The position numbers and the translations under genes were made by a program. A stretch of 63,600 bases of DNA, the filler included, from Vannella sp. (taxonomy: Eukaryota): the NCBI GenBank assembly GCA_023345925.1. It is 8 parts of 8 records of this genome, joined end to end, with 100 filler letters (N's around TTAATTAATTAA, not from the genome) between each part and the next. Parts side by side here need not be neighbours in the genome. Positions count along the whole stretch, not along the records: positions 16,079 to 23,534 come from JAJQQN010000157.1; positions 23,635 to 30,959 come from JAJQQN010000822.1; positions 31,060 to 40,394 come from JAJQQN010000952.1; 5 more parts are not named here. One strand, written 5' to 3'. The notes below the pieces were generated by a model, which was not told the origin of the DNA, did not search any database, and was given only the letters and a program-made list of their open reading frames with translations. Below, in pieces: positions 21,038 through 34,056 of the stretch (position 1 is its first letter; the number at the start of each line of letters is the position of its first letter).

Positions 21038-22669
21038 ATGGCTCTTGGGCCGAAGCTCTTCTCTGGACGTGCGCTGGGCGTGGGCCTTTTCTTGGTTCTG
21101 CTTTGCCAAACCATCTTCTTCTACAGAACTTCTCAGTCTTTGCACGCGTAGGTGTTGTGCTGAGGTGGAGACCGGGCGGTGCTAACGGGATGACAGTCAA
21201 AGCATTGATCGACGCTTGGGTTCTACCCAGGCCTGCAAATCAGCAACTGTTGCTGTTGATGAAGAGTGTAGTTCTCTAGGTGAGGGCCAATGTGACCTAC
21301 GCGAGGACTGCTTCACCATCACGGCGCAACGATGCGGCAGCATCGTTGGGGAGACTGATTTCCTCTCCTGTGTCCCTCGCTATGAAGCCAAACTGAGTAC
21401 TAGCTGCCTTTGGACCGCTCCCTTTGCACTGCTGACCTCCTCTTTCAGCACAGAAGATGGAACTCGATCCCAGACTTCCTCAGTGGGAGTACGGTCATCC
21501 TGATAAGATCTACCTCTGTGCCTACCAAGAGGGTGTATCTGAACAAGTTTATCGGTTCGAACGCGTCGTTCCGGAAGGCTGGACCCAGGTAAAGAGGAGA
21601 AAAGGAGTGAGACGTTGGCAAAAGGCTGAAGCTTGATGTAGGTCAAGTGTTTCCGTTGCGAAGTCCACCCCAAAGAAGTCCCTTCATCAAGGAAGAAGTC
21701 TGGTCTGACCCTAGTGGCCCTGGTATACAAGTATGTCACGAACATGCTCGACTTTCACTCTGACCGCGATGGGATCAGAGAGTACGACAGTTTCAAGAAC
21801 TCCCTTCTATCTTGGCACTCTTCTGGCCTCCTGGAGTACGCAGATGAGACTATCTTGTGGATCAATGCGCGCTCCGCTGACCAAGATCCGATCGAGGAGC
21901 TTGCCAAGGAGTATGGCTTGAAGATTATCAGTTCTGACGTCAACTTGGGGATCGGGCCTGCTGTTACAAAGCTTGTTCTTGCTGCTTCGAACCCTCTCGT
22001 CATCTTTTTAGAGAAGGACTGGGAGGTTACTTCTACTAGAGATGAGGTGATACACCAGCTGGACTATGCAAAGCGCCTTGTCCTCTCAGAGGTTAACGGG
22101 TCACGCGCTGATGCGGTTAAACTCAGGTCTCGGTGGAAGGCAGGTCATCCCAACATCGACAAGCAGCTTTGTGTGCCTCCAGATTACGATATGGAGGAAT
22201 TCAACATCCACGCGCAGTTCCGGTGGTTCGAAGAACTTAATGACCATCGATGGTGGCTTCCTCATCTCTTCTGCAACATCTTCCACTTCGAACGAGACAG
22301 AAGTCTCTTCGAGAAGTATCCTAATCGGTTCGTACCAGTCATTGTGATAAGTCTGGGACCTGAAAGGGAGCCTCCTTAGAATTTGGAAGTGTGGAGAGTC
22401 GCTTTGCTTCGACTCTGCGCAGTGTGGATGGACTAACAACCCAATTCTATTCAAGAAACATTGGTTCCTGGATGTCCTGGTAAGAAACTTGCCCTCCGAA
22501 GGGTCTAGGGTTTATCTGACGATCTGCGTAGTATGAGCAATCACAGCGAACAGATAATCCTTCTTTTGAGGGAGGAACGTACTATTCACCTGAGTGGCTC
22601 GAGCCTCATTGGGTTATTGCAGAGCCCGAAGGCATCTTTACGCACCACGAGATTAACGAGCATATGTAA
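21038..22669 (+). CDS. type II membrane protein, putative GT-A-fold glycosyltransferase
   Basis: N-terminal anchor (GVGLFLVLLCQTIFFY), N.GI motif, VIFLEKDW (DxD-like), WTNNP, GIFTH. Multi-exon. Function is inferred. Confidence 0.55.
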
Positions 22670-22707
22670 CCACTCCTATACAACAGAGTTTATAGCTGAG
22701 CCAATGA

Positions 22708-23420
22708 TTAGTTCAAGAGACTACTAATGGGCACTCGTCTGGGCTGAGCGGGAACAATCTTCTTCTCCTTTCTCAACATGGCTAGGAAGCGAAGCCCGCA
22801 TGCATTACAGAGTCTGAAAAGAGTCAGAAAAGAAGCAAAGCCGATGGATCTTCACGTACGACTTGGGCCCCTTTGGTCCTCGTCGCCACTTAGGTGTATT
22901 TGAAGTATTACAACTCGCGCACCGCAAGCCAACGTGACCAGGATGGATTCCCTGTAAGATGTCAGCCGCGTAGCAAGGACACGTAGGAGAACGGAGACTG
23001 ACCTCTAATGGAGTGACCGTTCGCTGACAGTCAACAGGAAAGCCCCAATCGTGACTGTGAGACGAGCAGTTGCTGAGAAAACAACTTAGAACGGAGAGAT
23101 GGAGAGAAGAACAGGCTTACTAGTTGACTGGAAAGACGGGGAGGTAGGCATGGAAGTGCGACATGACAGAAAAGAATGACCTCCAAAGCGCAAGCAGCCC
23201 CATCCTCATTTATCACTTCCTGATCAAAACGGGACTGGAGTTCTCCTTCTTTGGAGGGAAGAACTCCTCTTTTGGATTATTGGAATGAGAGCGAATCTGA
23301 CTTCTGATGGGTGCCTGTCACATTGTTTTAGTTCGCTTAAACTATACTCCTGTTGATGGAAAACAGATTTGATTGGCTTGGCTGTCAACGATCTGCCTTT
23401 GAGAGCTCGTGAGAGAAAAT
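22708..23420 (-). CDS. GATA zinc-finger transcription factor (5' end unclear)
   Basis: Spliced sequence CASCNTSNTPKWRRGPKGPKSLCNACGLRF. The zinc finger is absent from the ORF track. The 5' end runs into repeat A. Confidence 0.85.
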
Positions 23421-23534
23421 CCACGAGTGAAGGGGAACAGAAATCGTATTTGCGTAGCTTGCCCTGATGACCTCCATCTCTTCAGGATAAGCTTTTGGAC
23501 TGATTTCGTTTTTTCACTTTTTGGATGTTTGAGG
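23412..23534. repeat. dispersed repeat A, copy 2 (at contig end)
   Basis: Matches 17802-17923. Confidence 0.85.
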
Positions 23535-23634
23535 NNNNNNNNNNNNNNNNNNNNNNNNNNNNNNNNNNNNNNNNNNNNTTAATTAATTAANNNNNNNNNN
23601 NNNNNNNNNNNNNNNNNNNNNNNNNNNNNNNNNN
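23535..23634. other. artificial contig spacer
   Basis: N44-TTAATTAATTAA-N44. Confidence 0.98.
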
Positions 23635-24530
23635 CGCACCAGAGAAGATCCAAAGGCTGACCATTCTTAGATACGGCACAGAACTTTCTTCGAGGATGAA
23701 ACGAAGCGTAGAGTGAGACTGGGCGTCTCTTTGTACGTCGGAGTGTGTTAGAAGGTGAAGAAGGGGCGGGTCAGGGAGACTTACCCCGCAAGAGACTGCA
23801 AATGCTCATAAATGCAATGAAGGATGGCTGCTCCCTGTCGCATGGTTTGCTGAGCACCAAAGATGCTTGACTCGGACCCAGATATCGATGGTGAGAGGAG
23901 ATCTCGCAACACCACGGCGAGAACACGTTGGGGGACGATCGTTTGTTGGAGATGGTGCCAAAGACTTTGGACTGTCAGCTGATCTTCTTGGCGCAACTTA
24001 CTCTCCAGACGTATAACCATGTCATAGTGGTCATCTAAGTACTGCTGGAGAGCATGAGCGAGAGCCTGGGCAGTGAGAGATGCCTCTTTCCGCTCAAAAG
24101 GGAGATCTCCGCCTGATTGGAGTGTCCCATACCGGTTGAGGTTGTTTATGCCTTGCCACAGTATCATCCAATCGTCAACAAGGCTCCCGAACTCCATGGG
24201 GCCACTCGAAGGACTCTCGTCCTCCTCGCCCTTCACTGTCTGGAGTCGCCCGATGATCTTTTGAACGATCCCCATAGCTCCCCCAATCGATGGATGATAC
24301 TCTATCTCATACGGAAGACAGAGGACAGCGGGAGCCTCCTGTAACGCGTACAACGAGTGGACACAGACATAACTCGAGTTGATCAGCAGCAGTACGTCCA
24401 AAAGCTCCTCAAGCAAGTGAGGCTCTGTTATCATCTCACTCTCTTCCTGTACACCAGCCATCTCCTCGACCCGGTAGGGTCTGAGAGCTTCCCAAGCGGG
24501 GGAAGGGGTCAAGTACACCCTTTGGCTCAT
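23635..24530 (-). CDS. gamma-tubulin complex component (GCP/Spc97-Spc98 family), 3' partial
   Basis: E..LLEELLDVLL, QALAHAL...LE, LTVQSLW..LQ, GAAIL..IY, PYLRMV.LWIF.G. Confidence 0.75.
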
Positions 24531-24602
24531 CTGCTGGAAGGAAATGAACCAAACTCTTTGTGCAAACACCTTTTAGTTGAGTGAGACCCAAGCCAGAGGT
24601 GC

Positions 24603-26039
24603 CTAATGAGGTGGAGGAAGTAGAGGAGGCTTTTGATCTTTGGCCTCGATGGAAGTGTCAAAGTAGTTGACCAGAGCGTCGATTCTAGGCTCCTCTGTGC
24701 GTACAATACCCCTTTCTATGGGATGGAAGTGAGTCAGGCCCTGGGAGAGCGAAAGGGAGTTACCTGAAATGATATACGGGAAGGAATGGACCGCACTGAC
24801 GGGTGATTTGGCAATAGTAATGACGCTGGCCTCCGCCACGCGATGGAGGATTAGTCTTGTGTTAACACAGTGTGCCCACGCGGTCCCTAAAGCAGCGATT
24901 GTGCTACTCGAACCGTCACCTTTCCCCGACTCTTCGCAGGTACGTTACTTAGCGCCTCTTTGATGAACCAAATGGGTGGTAGACGTACGGTTATGGAAGC
25001 TGTAAGAGGCTCGGCCACTCCGCGAAGTCGTGACTTGATTAGTGACTAAAATGGGGATCTGGAAGTTCTCTGCCAGGCGCTTTAAGTGTGCAGCTTGCTT
25101 TCCCAATGATACTTGACGATGATGGAGTGACTTGGAGTCAAACTCTCTCCTTGCAATAGCTGCAATCGAGTCAATCAGAACGAACTTGACGTTTCGCTCA
25201 ATGATAGTCTCCTCAAGGGAGTCTAATCTACCTCTGCTCGTCAGGGGAAGAAGAGAGAGTCTTTGGGTAACCATACACACTGAAAAGTTCGTCTGACGAG
25301 CCAACAGAGAAGACTAATATCGATTCCGTGCATCGGATGAGCGATTGTTCGTCGCAGAACACTTCAGAGTACTTGGACCTGGCAATCTCTAACACTCTAA
25401 GGGCTGTAAGGAAGGGTTCAGCATTGCAGTGAACTGGAATACCTTTCTGCACTGAACCCTGACTCAGTGTCTATGTAGATAGCCCCTCCAGAGGTGCCAT
25501 GAGCAGATGGAAGGGTGCTGGCTACAGAGAGCATGTGACAGAACTGTCTGTAAGCAGGCAGAGCGTGATTGATGGTGAGCCACTGTCCCAAGAGAGGAGG
25601 TCAGCTTGTACACACGTTTTGCCTATTCCTGGGGGTCCGACAAGCTGACCAAACGCGTTAAGTCGGAAGTAGCTAGGAGAGGAGGTACTGTAGGTACCTC
25701 AGTGATCGATCCAGCTGCGATTCCACCTCGCAACAAGCAATCAAGGTCGTTCAAAGATGTTGGTAGGAACGTCCGCTCCGAGCGCAACATAGCAAGAGCC
25801 TTCTATTGGTTAGTTTATCTCTTGCCAAAGGTTCTACCCACCGTCCAGCGCTTAGGACAAGCACTCAAGCTCACAACCTGCAGTAACTCATCCACTAGCT
25901 CGATAGGGACGTCTAAGCACGCAAGAAGATCGATCCTCGTCTTCCCTATCACATCAGCTGTCGAGTATAGATCGCCCCCTGAGCAGCATTGCAACAAGTC
26001 GCGAGAAAGACCAGGAACACGCCTCAGCCGCTTGTTCAT
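24603..26039 (-). CDS. RAD51B: RAD51 paralogue, RAD51B-like
   Basis: LLRGGI..GSITELVGPPGIGKTQ, IYIDTE, VLIDSIAA, ILVTNQV, ALGTAWAHCVNTRL, IAKSP. Multi-exon. Confidence 0.85.
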
Positions 26040-26519
26040 TAGAAATAACTCGAGTAAAACAGTTTATAATGAACAACTTTATCACCACTCCACGTGCGCA
26101 AGCTCTGTTACTTGCACATGTTGTGTTTGAGTGTGCAAAGCCTGCTTAGTTGAACAGGAGGCCAAACCGGCTCAATGGCAAAGATGAAAGAGCATGAGAG
26201 ATCTATCAAGACGAAAAGGAGCAAGAGATGCGACCCTTTCAGCCAAAGCTGAGCTTTTGGGTCGAGGTCTTTTTGTTCAGAGGTTCCACGAGCAAACCCG
26301 AAGTAGATCTTCTGTTCGATCATGAAGAGAGTTCAATTGGATGGCTCACATTAGCATCCTTCTGCAGCCTGAAACGAGTGGTGACAGAAACGACGAAAAT
26401 TTTCGTGGTTTACTTTCGTCTGCGGAGAAGCATCCTTTTTTTTGCTTGGGGCTAGCGGGTGAGTCGGCGATGGGATGGCGTTATTCATGAGCTAAGTGGC
26501 TCTATGTTGATAGTTTACA

Positions 26520-27182
26520 ATGGTCAAGCATAACAACGTCGTACCCAACGTCCACTTGCACAAGGACTGGAAGATCCGCGTCAAGACTTGGTTCAACCAG
26601 CCCGGTCGCAAGCAGACCCGCCGAAGACAGCGAAGCGAGAAGGCCGCCGCCATTTTCCCCCGTCCTCTCCAAAAGCTCCGACCTGTTGTTCACTGCCCAA
26701 CCGTTCGCTACAACTCCAAGGTCCGCCTTGGCCGTGGCTTCACTTTGGCTGAGCTGAAGGTAAGAACAAGTAGAAACAATCGAGCAGCATGAGATTGACA
26801 CAGATCAAAGGGTGCTTCTCTCTCCCCCGCCTATGCCCAGAGCGTTGGTGTCACCGTTGACTACCGCCGTGTGAACCGCTCTGAGCAGTCCCTCAAGGCT
26901 AACGTTGATCGCTTGAATGAGTACAAGAACAAACTGATTGTATTCCCCCGCAACGCCAAGAAGCCCAAGGCCACTGATGCCTCCGAGGAGGAGCGTGCTC
27001 AGGCCACCCAACAGCGTGGTGTCCTCATCCCCATCAAGGCTGCTGCCTCTAAGGCTCACAAGCGTGCTATCACCGCTGATGAGAAGAAGAAGAGCGCCTT
27101 CCAGACCCTCCGCACCAAGAGATCTCTCAAGAGACTCGCTGGTTACAGAAAGAAGAAGGCTATCGAGGCTGCCAACAAGTAA
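26520..27182 (+). CDS. RPL13: 60S ribosomal protein L13 (eL13)
   Basis: [30 protein letters not shown]. Intron 26760-26810. Confidence 0.97.
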
Positions 27183-27263
27183 GCTGTGTGAATCAGGTTA
27201 TAAATCTTTTAGTCAACTCGTACACCGAACTGCTGGGTGGGCTAACAGTGCGTGCGCAAGGTC

Positions 27264-30200
27264 CTATCTCGGGACCGCGCTTCGTGCCGACTTTGTAGCG
27301 ATTGTTTGGAGTTTGATCTTGAACCGGGGTTTGAGAATGTCTTCTGGAAGCTCGTCTCCTCTCGCCATGAGCAACCTCGCCAATTCAAAGTGCTCGATTT
27401 TGCATGCGGCCTGCGCCATCTGCAACATATTTGTCTCAGGATTGGCAAGACAAGACTGGAGTAGCATACCTCTGGGCTCGTCATCAATCTCTCATCCTGG
27501 AGAAGGAGGACCAAAGAGTCGCATTTCTTACGAAGCCTGATTGGAGCTTCTAATGAGCTGAAGGGGAAAAGATCCTAAGGGAAGTTATCAGTCCAAGTGT
27601 TTTGCGGGATGCTTCAAACCAACGCTCATGTCTTTGTTGAAAAGGGAAGCGTCCGAGTCACTAATCTTGATTCGAGGGTCGCTCAGCATCTCTCGCAGGA
27701 GGTCTGGGTTGGCGACGGCATACCACAGAGGGGTTATGGGCCTTGGTATTGTCCAAGTGCTTTCATGTCTGAGGGTTGGTTTGTTCAGGTGCTCCGCGGA
27801 AGTGCGGGGATCATTCAGAAGGAAGCGAGCGGCTTCTTCCCAGACGCAATGTCGGTTCATACAAAAGCCCAAAGCTGTCACATTCTGGTGAAAGGCATTC
27901 ACATCCACGCGGGGATCTCTGAGGAAAAGGAGGTAAGTCTCCTCGTCCGTTTGGGATACAGGATTGGTGGGCAACAAGGGCACCTTCCCTTTACCCTATT
28001 CCCTTTCTTTTGAGCTTGCAAGAGCACGTTGGGGCCACATAGCTCACCTTTCTATTCACCACAAGGTCTTCTCTCTCCAAGAGGGAGCGCAATAGGCATT
28101 TGTGAGCTTTTTGGATACAAATCATCAACATTGTCTTCCCATGGTTCAGAAACATCCCAAAGGCCCCCCTCTGGATAGAACTCGTAGTCATACCTTTCCA
28201 ACAGCAATTTCCTGGTTGACATCGAACGTAGGATCCGACAAAAAGTAGGTTTGGACGACAGACTCCAAATCCTTGGAGGGAGAATACTGTTTCAGTGCTG
28301 CAAAAACTGGCGTTTTCTTCTCAGTGTTAGACCAACCTGAAACTGGAAGGAGAATGATAACTTGCCCCTTCCTCGTCCTTCTTCAGGTGAGAAAAGGTCA
28401 ACAAAAATGGAAGTGACCTTACTTGCACGCACTTGATAGCTTGAGCGCGGGGATCCTCCATGAGCAGGTGGACTATCTTCCAGTTCTGTGTGGAGAAAGC
28501 ATATGCTACTACATTCTGCATTGAACAGTTACATCAGGACCCTTGAGAAAAGGGGGGAGCAACGAACCACGTCCTGTCTTTTTGTGAGGTCATACCCTTG
28601 CTTTCAAATCACGCTCTTACCAGGACTAGACGCTCTTCTTTCAGGAGGCGCTTGAGGATGTGAGGTTGTCGTAAAGAGTCCAAGATAAATTCCTAACGCA
28701 TCTCGAAATCAGTACAGCACACCAATGAAGCTCTTCTACACACAGTCCTGGTGAAATCCACTTGACCATTGGTAATAAAATACCCTACGACTGTTTTGTG
28801 TCCATTCCTGCATGCCATACGAAATGCATATTGGCGCTGGGACGAAGAACCCTCAAAACGAACCTCCAATTCTGAATCAGTGTCGAAGCGTTCATCCTGT
28901 TCGAGAAAATGGATGACCTCAAGCCGTCCAAAGGCTGAGGCAGCCACCAACGGAGAGATCCGGTCTTGGTCAGTGCTATGATGATTGACATCCACTCCCT
29001 CAAGATTGGCCAAAAAATGAACCAAATCAAGGTTCCCTGATTCACACGCCAGGATGAATCCATTCACCTTCTGTGGGTCAGTTTCTGAAGGAGGACTCTT
29101 CGTTTTCCTTCCTTACCCCGCGGCTGGTCTGAGCCCCAATGAGTCGATAAGGATGAACTGAGGTAAGAGCAAAGCTTCTCACCTTCAAATTCACATTGAA
29201 TCCTTTACTTCCCGCCATCATCTGAACCACTTCGATGTGTCCCATCGAACACGCGCACAGAAAAGGAGATTCTTCCCAGGAGTCCAGTTTGAGGTTGCTT
29301 TCCTGTCATGAGAGTAAGAAGAAGTAATCCAGTTCCAAATGCCAATCGGACAGGAACAAACTTCGGGTGCTCCAGTAACATCTTCAAGGCGGGAAGGTCA
29401 TTCTCTACCACGGCATTGAAGAGGCAGTTATCCGACTAGAATAGCAAAGTTAAGTGGATACATAAAGGCCAAGGTCACTTTGCTCACTCTGTTGGTATTC
29501 CCAAGTGGATCCACGTCAACGGACTAAAAGTCACTTAGTACTTCACTTGGAAAGCTTCCTTTTGGAGGCGTACTCCGTTGTAGATGTCGATCTTGGGGTG
29601 TGCAAGAACCATATTGATGATACTCATATCATCACCCTTTCTAGACTGGATGGCCTGGAAGAGAGCAAAGCCCTTCAAGCTCACTGTTACTCCAACGTCA
29701 GGTGAAAGCAGTGCAGACGTACTTTAGGCTTGCTCTGCACCAATACGTTAGAAAGGAAGGCACGGAGATCGAACTAACCCGAAAGTTGACGTTGGTATCG
29801 GGGTGGCTCAAGAGGAACTCCACCACTTTGCTTTTGTGAGCCTTTATGGCTGTTACTAGCGGGGTGCACTTGTCCTAGGGTATTCATGTTATGATCAAAG
29901 ATCATTTGCATTGATTTCACTAACCCTGGTGCTCCCCTGTTGGATGTCAGCGAGCAGAAAGGGCAAGTCATCGGCAGAACTTACCGGAACTGGCAGCAGG
30001 GTATCCATGTTCACCGCCCAAGGATGCCACAGTCTTTGAGCGGTAGGAAGATCACCTGAGTGGCATGCTGCATGAACCTCCTTGGTCCAAAGGCTCTTGC
30101 CGTCTGAAATAATAGCATCCCAGCCATCCTGCCAGCCGTTGTCCATCTCCTTCACTCTCTCGTCCAGTGACATCTCCTTCCGATCTCCCTTGGACTGCCA

Positions 30201-30281
30201 GTAGGCTTCTAGTAGAAGCACTCGGTCACTCTGAGTTTGCTCAGCCAAGCTCAACCGCAACGAGCGCCGCCGCTTCGCCAT
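27264..30281 (-). CDS. ankyrin-repeat protein, multi-exon
   Basis: Repeated AC..G....V..LL and DPRVDVN motifs over many exons. Confidence 0.75.
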
Positions 30282-30373
30282 GGGGACCGGGAAAATGAGT
30301 TCTTCCGTTTACCAAGAGTGGAGTTCGTTCTTGAAGTATTTTATATTTGCAGCCGAAAGGACCACCAAAGCGA

Positions 30374-30914
30374 TTAACGGTAAGACTTCTGGAAGCGAGC
30401 ACGAGCACCGTGTCCTCCGAACTTCTTGGGCTCGCAGCGTCTGGGATCAGCGACGAGAAGAGTTCGGTCGAATTGGATCAGCTTTTCCTTGATCTCCTTC
30501 TTGGCGGCCTCATCAACGACTAATGGAAGGTCAATGAGTGAAGATGAGTGAAAGGTTAACACGTACACTTCTGGTAGTAGGCAACAATCGACTTTGCGAT
30601 AGCCTGGCGGATGGCGTACATCTGCGAAGTAGAGCCACCTCCGCGGACACGGATGCGGATGTCAACCTGGTTGAAGATGTCGTCTCCAAGAATGAAGAAG
30701 GGCTCCATAACCTTGGTGCGGAGGATCTCGGGTCTCAGGAGATCGAGGGGAACTCCGTTAACCTTGACAAGACCACGTCCAGCCTTGCATGTGGCAACAG
30801 CGGTGGCGGTTTTCTGCACAACCCACGCTAAGAACATGCAATATGACCCCTGGTTCGTTGTACCTTCTTGCCAAAGACCTGGACACTGCGAATGGGAGTA
30901 GCTTGCTCGGCCAT
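30374..30914 (-). CDS. RPS16: 40S ribosomal protein S16 (uS9)
   Basis: [52 protein letters not shown]. Two introns. Confidence 0.97.
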
Positions 30915-30959
30915 CCTGAAAAAAAAGGAGCCAAGAACGAAAACGACGAATATTTCCGG

Positions 30960-31059
30960 NNNNNNNNNNNNNNNNNNNNNNNNNNNNNNNNNNNNNNNNN
31001 NNNTTAATTAATTAANNNNNNNNNNNNNNNNNNNNNNNNNNNNNNNNNNNNNNNNNNNN
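30960..31059. other. artificial contig spacer
   Basis: N44-TTAATTAATTAA-N44. Confidence 0.98.
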
Positions 31060-31117
31060 GCGATGTCTATCTTACAAGGCCGCTCTCCCGTCTCCTGGTG
31101 AACCAGGAACGCAGGAA

Positions 31118-32125
31118 TTAGCAATAACGGGTCATATCAATCTCGTCCTCCAGCTGGAGATGCCCAAAAGGGCGGAGGACGATATCATCCAGAGAGATTC
31201 CACCTTCTTCTTCCAAGTCACCCTCTGTGGATGTGCTCACCGCCCCTTCCTCAGAAGGAGCCTGAAGGGCTTCCTGCGCGTCCAGCAAAGCGAGGGCTTT
31301 GGTGATCTCTCGCTTGCCAATGAAGCTCATGATCGCGATGATGATGACAGAGGAAACCCCAAAGCCAGCAATCACCAGAATCGTCTCCGTCAGGCTACGT
31401 TCTCCACCTCCGGCAATGACTTGCGCTAGATCGTCGGCTAGACTACCCATGTACGCCCCAATGAAGGAGAGGGGGATCATGCCCAGTCCAATGGAGGCAA
31501 AGAACACAGGGAAGCGGACCCCCACCGCAGCAAAGAGATAATCAAGGATCGTTGTGGAGATGATCGGTGTCATTCTGATGAGAACCCCCAGTTTGAAGCC
31601 TTCACCCTGAACAGCCAATGCCACTGCTTTGAGGATACGCCGCGAAGCAATCAGCTCCTCAACCCAGCTCTTCAACAGCGTCCTGCCCCACACGTAACAG
31701 ACCGTCCCTCCCAGCACTGTCAGGTTCAATCAGTCCTTGGTGTAGATCCATCCAGTGAGTTCGTACACGATCCAGCTACGGCAGTGACTGTCCCCAGCAA
31801 CGGCCCGTGGAGGAAGCCGCCCGTCATGACGAGCGGGGAGAGCGGGCAACCCAAAGGAACCAGGATACCGAACATCTATGGGTTTGTTAGCGAGAGGCTA
31901 GTGGTCCAGTGACTATCCTACTTCGATGAGGATGATCATGGACAGCCAAGTTGGCAGGGCTTGGATGTAAGCTACAGCAGTGAAGATCGCTGCTTTCAAT
32001 GGCGAGTTGGGGACCACTGAGAGGATGAGAAGCGTTACAAAGCTCAACACAAGTGCAAGGATCAACGTAATCTTCGTTCCTTTGATGCAGAGGCCATTCC
32101 CACGCGCCCCACCTTCCACTCTCAT
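31118..32125 (-). CDS. TVP38/TMEM64 (VTT/DedA) membrane protein, copy 1
   Basis: GGFLHG, G..VCY.WGR, GFKLGVLIRMTP, Y.GSLA. Two introns. Confidence 0.85.
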
Positions 32126-32168
32126 GCGGCAGGAAGGAAATGAGCGTAGAACGTGAAAGGGGACTATG

Positions 32169-33103
32169 TTACACTGAAAGGAGGTCGATCGTCTGTTCTT
32201 CGGTGGACGTGGCACCTCCAAGAAGGGATTCCGCTTCTAAAGCGTCCAAGGCGAGGAGCGCCTTGCCGATCTCTCGTTTACCGATGAAGGTGAGGAGGAT
32301 TACCAGCAGAACTGTGGAGAGAACAGCGAGAGCAAGGATCACTAGAAGCTTCACTTGCCCTCCTTCTCCTCCGCCAGCGAGGGCATCAGCAAGGTCGTCT
32401 GCCAGGCTCCCAATGTACGCCACGAGCAGGGCGAGGGGCGCAACCCCAATAGCTGTTGAGAGTATGAAAGCTGGAAAGGGAACATCCATAGCAGCAAAGA
32501 GGTAGTTGAGCAAGGAGGAAGGAAGGAGCGGAGAGAGCCGGCAAACGACTCCCAACTTGAAGCCCTGGTCTTGCACGGCTAAAGCGATAGCTTGGTAGAT
32601 CCTTTTCGACTGAATCTTCTGTTGGGACCACTCTCTGATGAGACCCATGGCCCAGGCGTAACAAACGGTTGCACCCAAAACTTTCCTGCTGGATTAGACA
32701 CACAAAGATCTCGGTGTGGCTCTCCTTACCAGAACCAAGGATTCCTACAAGCGTGCCCAGGAAGGCTCCATGCAAGAACCCTGCTGCAATCACCAGAGGA
32801 GTCACTGGACAACCAAGTGGGACGAGGAACCCAAACATCTGTCATACCGATTGCTCAGCTCCTCTGAATCGAGGATAAGGAGCTCCCTCATACCTCAATG
32901 AGTATCATCAAGGAGAGAATAGGCGGAATGGACTGGATATAGGTGATCACAGCGAAGATGACCTCCAACAGTGGCGAGTTTGGGATCAAAGAGAGGATGA
33001 CAACCACCACAAAGCTCGCCACAATCAAGAGAACCAACGTCACCTTCGTCCACTTGACGCACGCTTCCCCTGGCACACAGCGAGCTGGGAACCATCCTGG
33101 CAT
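32169..33103 (-). CDS. TVP38/TMEM64 (VTT/DedA) membrane protein, copy 2
   Basis: AGFLHG, GFKLGVVCRLSPLLP.SLLNY, YIGSLA. Same exon layout as copy 1. Confidence 0.85.
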
Positions 33104-33443
33104 CGAAGAAAGATTCTCTCAAAGCCTCGTCCCAGCGGAGGTCCGCCACGAAAAAGCGAGGAAACTTCCATCCAAGAAAGAAATGCTTTTATCAGACCCT
33201 TTTCTCGTGCCTGTCATCATCCTTGGGGCACTGTGACAGGCCCAGCAAGCGGAACAGTCATTTTCATTCTCTGGTTGACCGAGGTTGACCAGTTGCTGTG
33301 TCGGGTCAATGAAACAAATTAACATTCACATTCACAATCAAACTTCATTCCCCTTCATAAATCGGATTTGGAAAAAAGGAGGAAAGGGCGCGTTTGTCAC
33401 TTTCTGCTGCTCGTTTGAGCGCTGCCTACTCCTTCCCGCCTTC

Positions 33444-33974
33444 ATGTTTTTCCCTTCTTCCTTGAGCCCAAAGTCGACTCTTTGTCACCCACAACCTATT
33501 AAGCCACCGCCCGTGGCCTTCATTCCTTTCCTTTGCGCGGAGTTGTCTTCCCCATTTCAGGCTCCGAGTAACCACTCAGGCACTATCAGCGTGGAGGATG
33601 TCCAGTCTCTTGTATTTATTGAGATGGGGAGACCCTTGTACAGCTTCTCCTTCTCCCTGTTTTCTCATGCCAATGGGCACCGCACTCTCCTTGGCTCTCA
33701 CAAGATAGTTCGCCCTTTCGACGAGTTTGCCAGCCTCCACGCTCAAGTGGAAGCTTTGGCTCAAGAGGTCTCTCTTCCTCCCTTTCCTGCGACGGAGTGG
33801 CTCAGCTTCTCTATCCGACTGGAGGTCTTGAAGCAACGCCAGGCCATCCTCAAACAGTACTTCGCGGAGCTGCTCTCCTGCGACGTCTTCCTTCGCTCCC
33901 AGGCTGCTCACGCTCTCTACAACATCCCCCAGCGTATCAGCACAGCCCTTCTTGGACTAGGTAACCAGAATTAA
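33444..33974 (+). CDS. PX-domain protein
   Basis: RPFDEFASLH, LPPFP, L..R...L.QYF.EL pattern. Confidence 0.65.
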   Translation: MFFPSSLSPKSTLCHPQPIKPPPVAFIPFLCAELSSPFQAPSNHSGTISVEDVQSLVFIEMGRPLYSFSFSLFSHANGHRTLLGSHKIVRPFDEFASLHAQVEALAQEVSLPPFPATEWLSFSIRLEVLKQRQAILKQYFAELLSCDVFLRSQAAHALYNIPQRISTALLGLGNQN

Positions 33975-34056
33975 GTTTCGGGACCTTCCTTTATGTATTC
34001 CACGCCTCCTTTGTCTCTCTGGACTCTCTGGCCTTGTACTTCCTGTCACAGCTTGT

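Noticed and set aside
26108..26490. Small minus-strand gene between RAD51B and RPL13
   Set aside because: I could not build a consistent spliced frame or recognise a motif.
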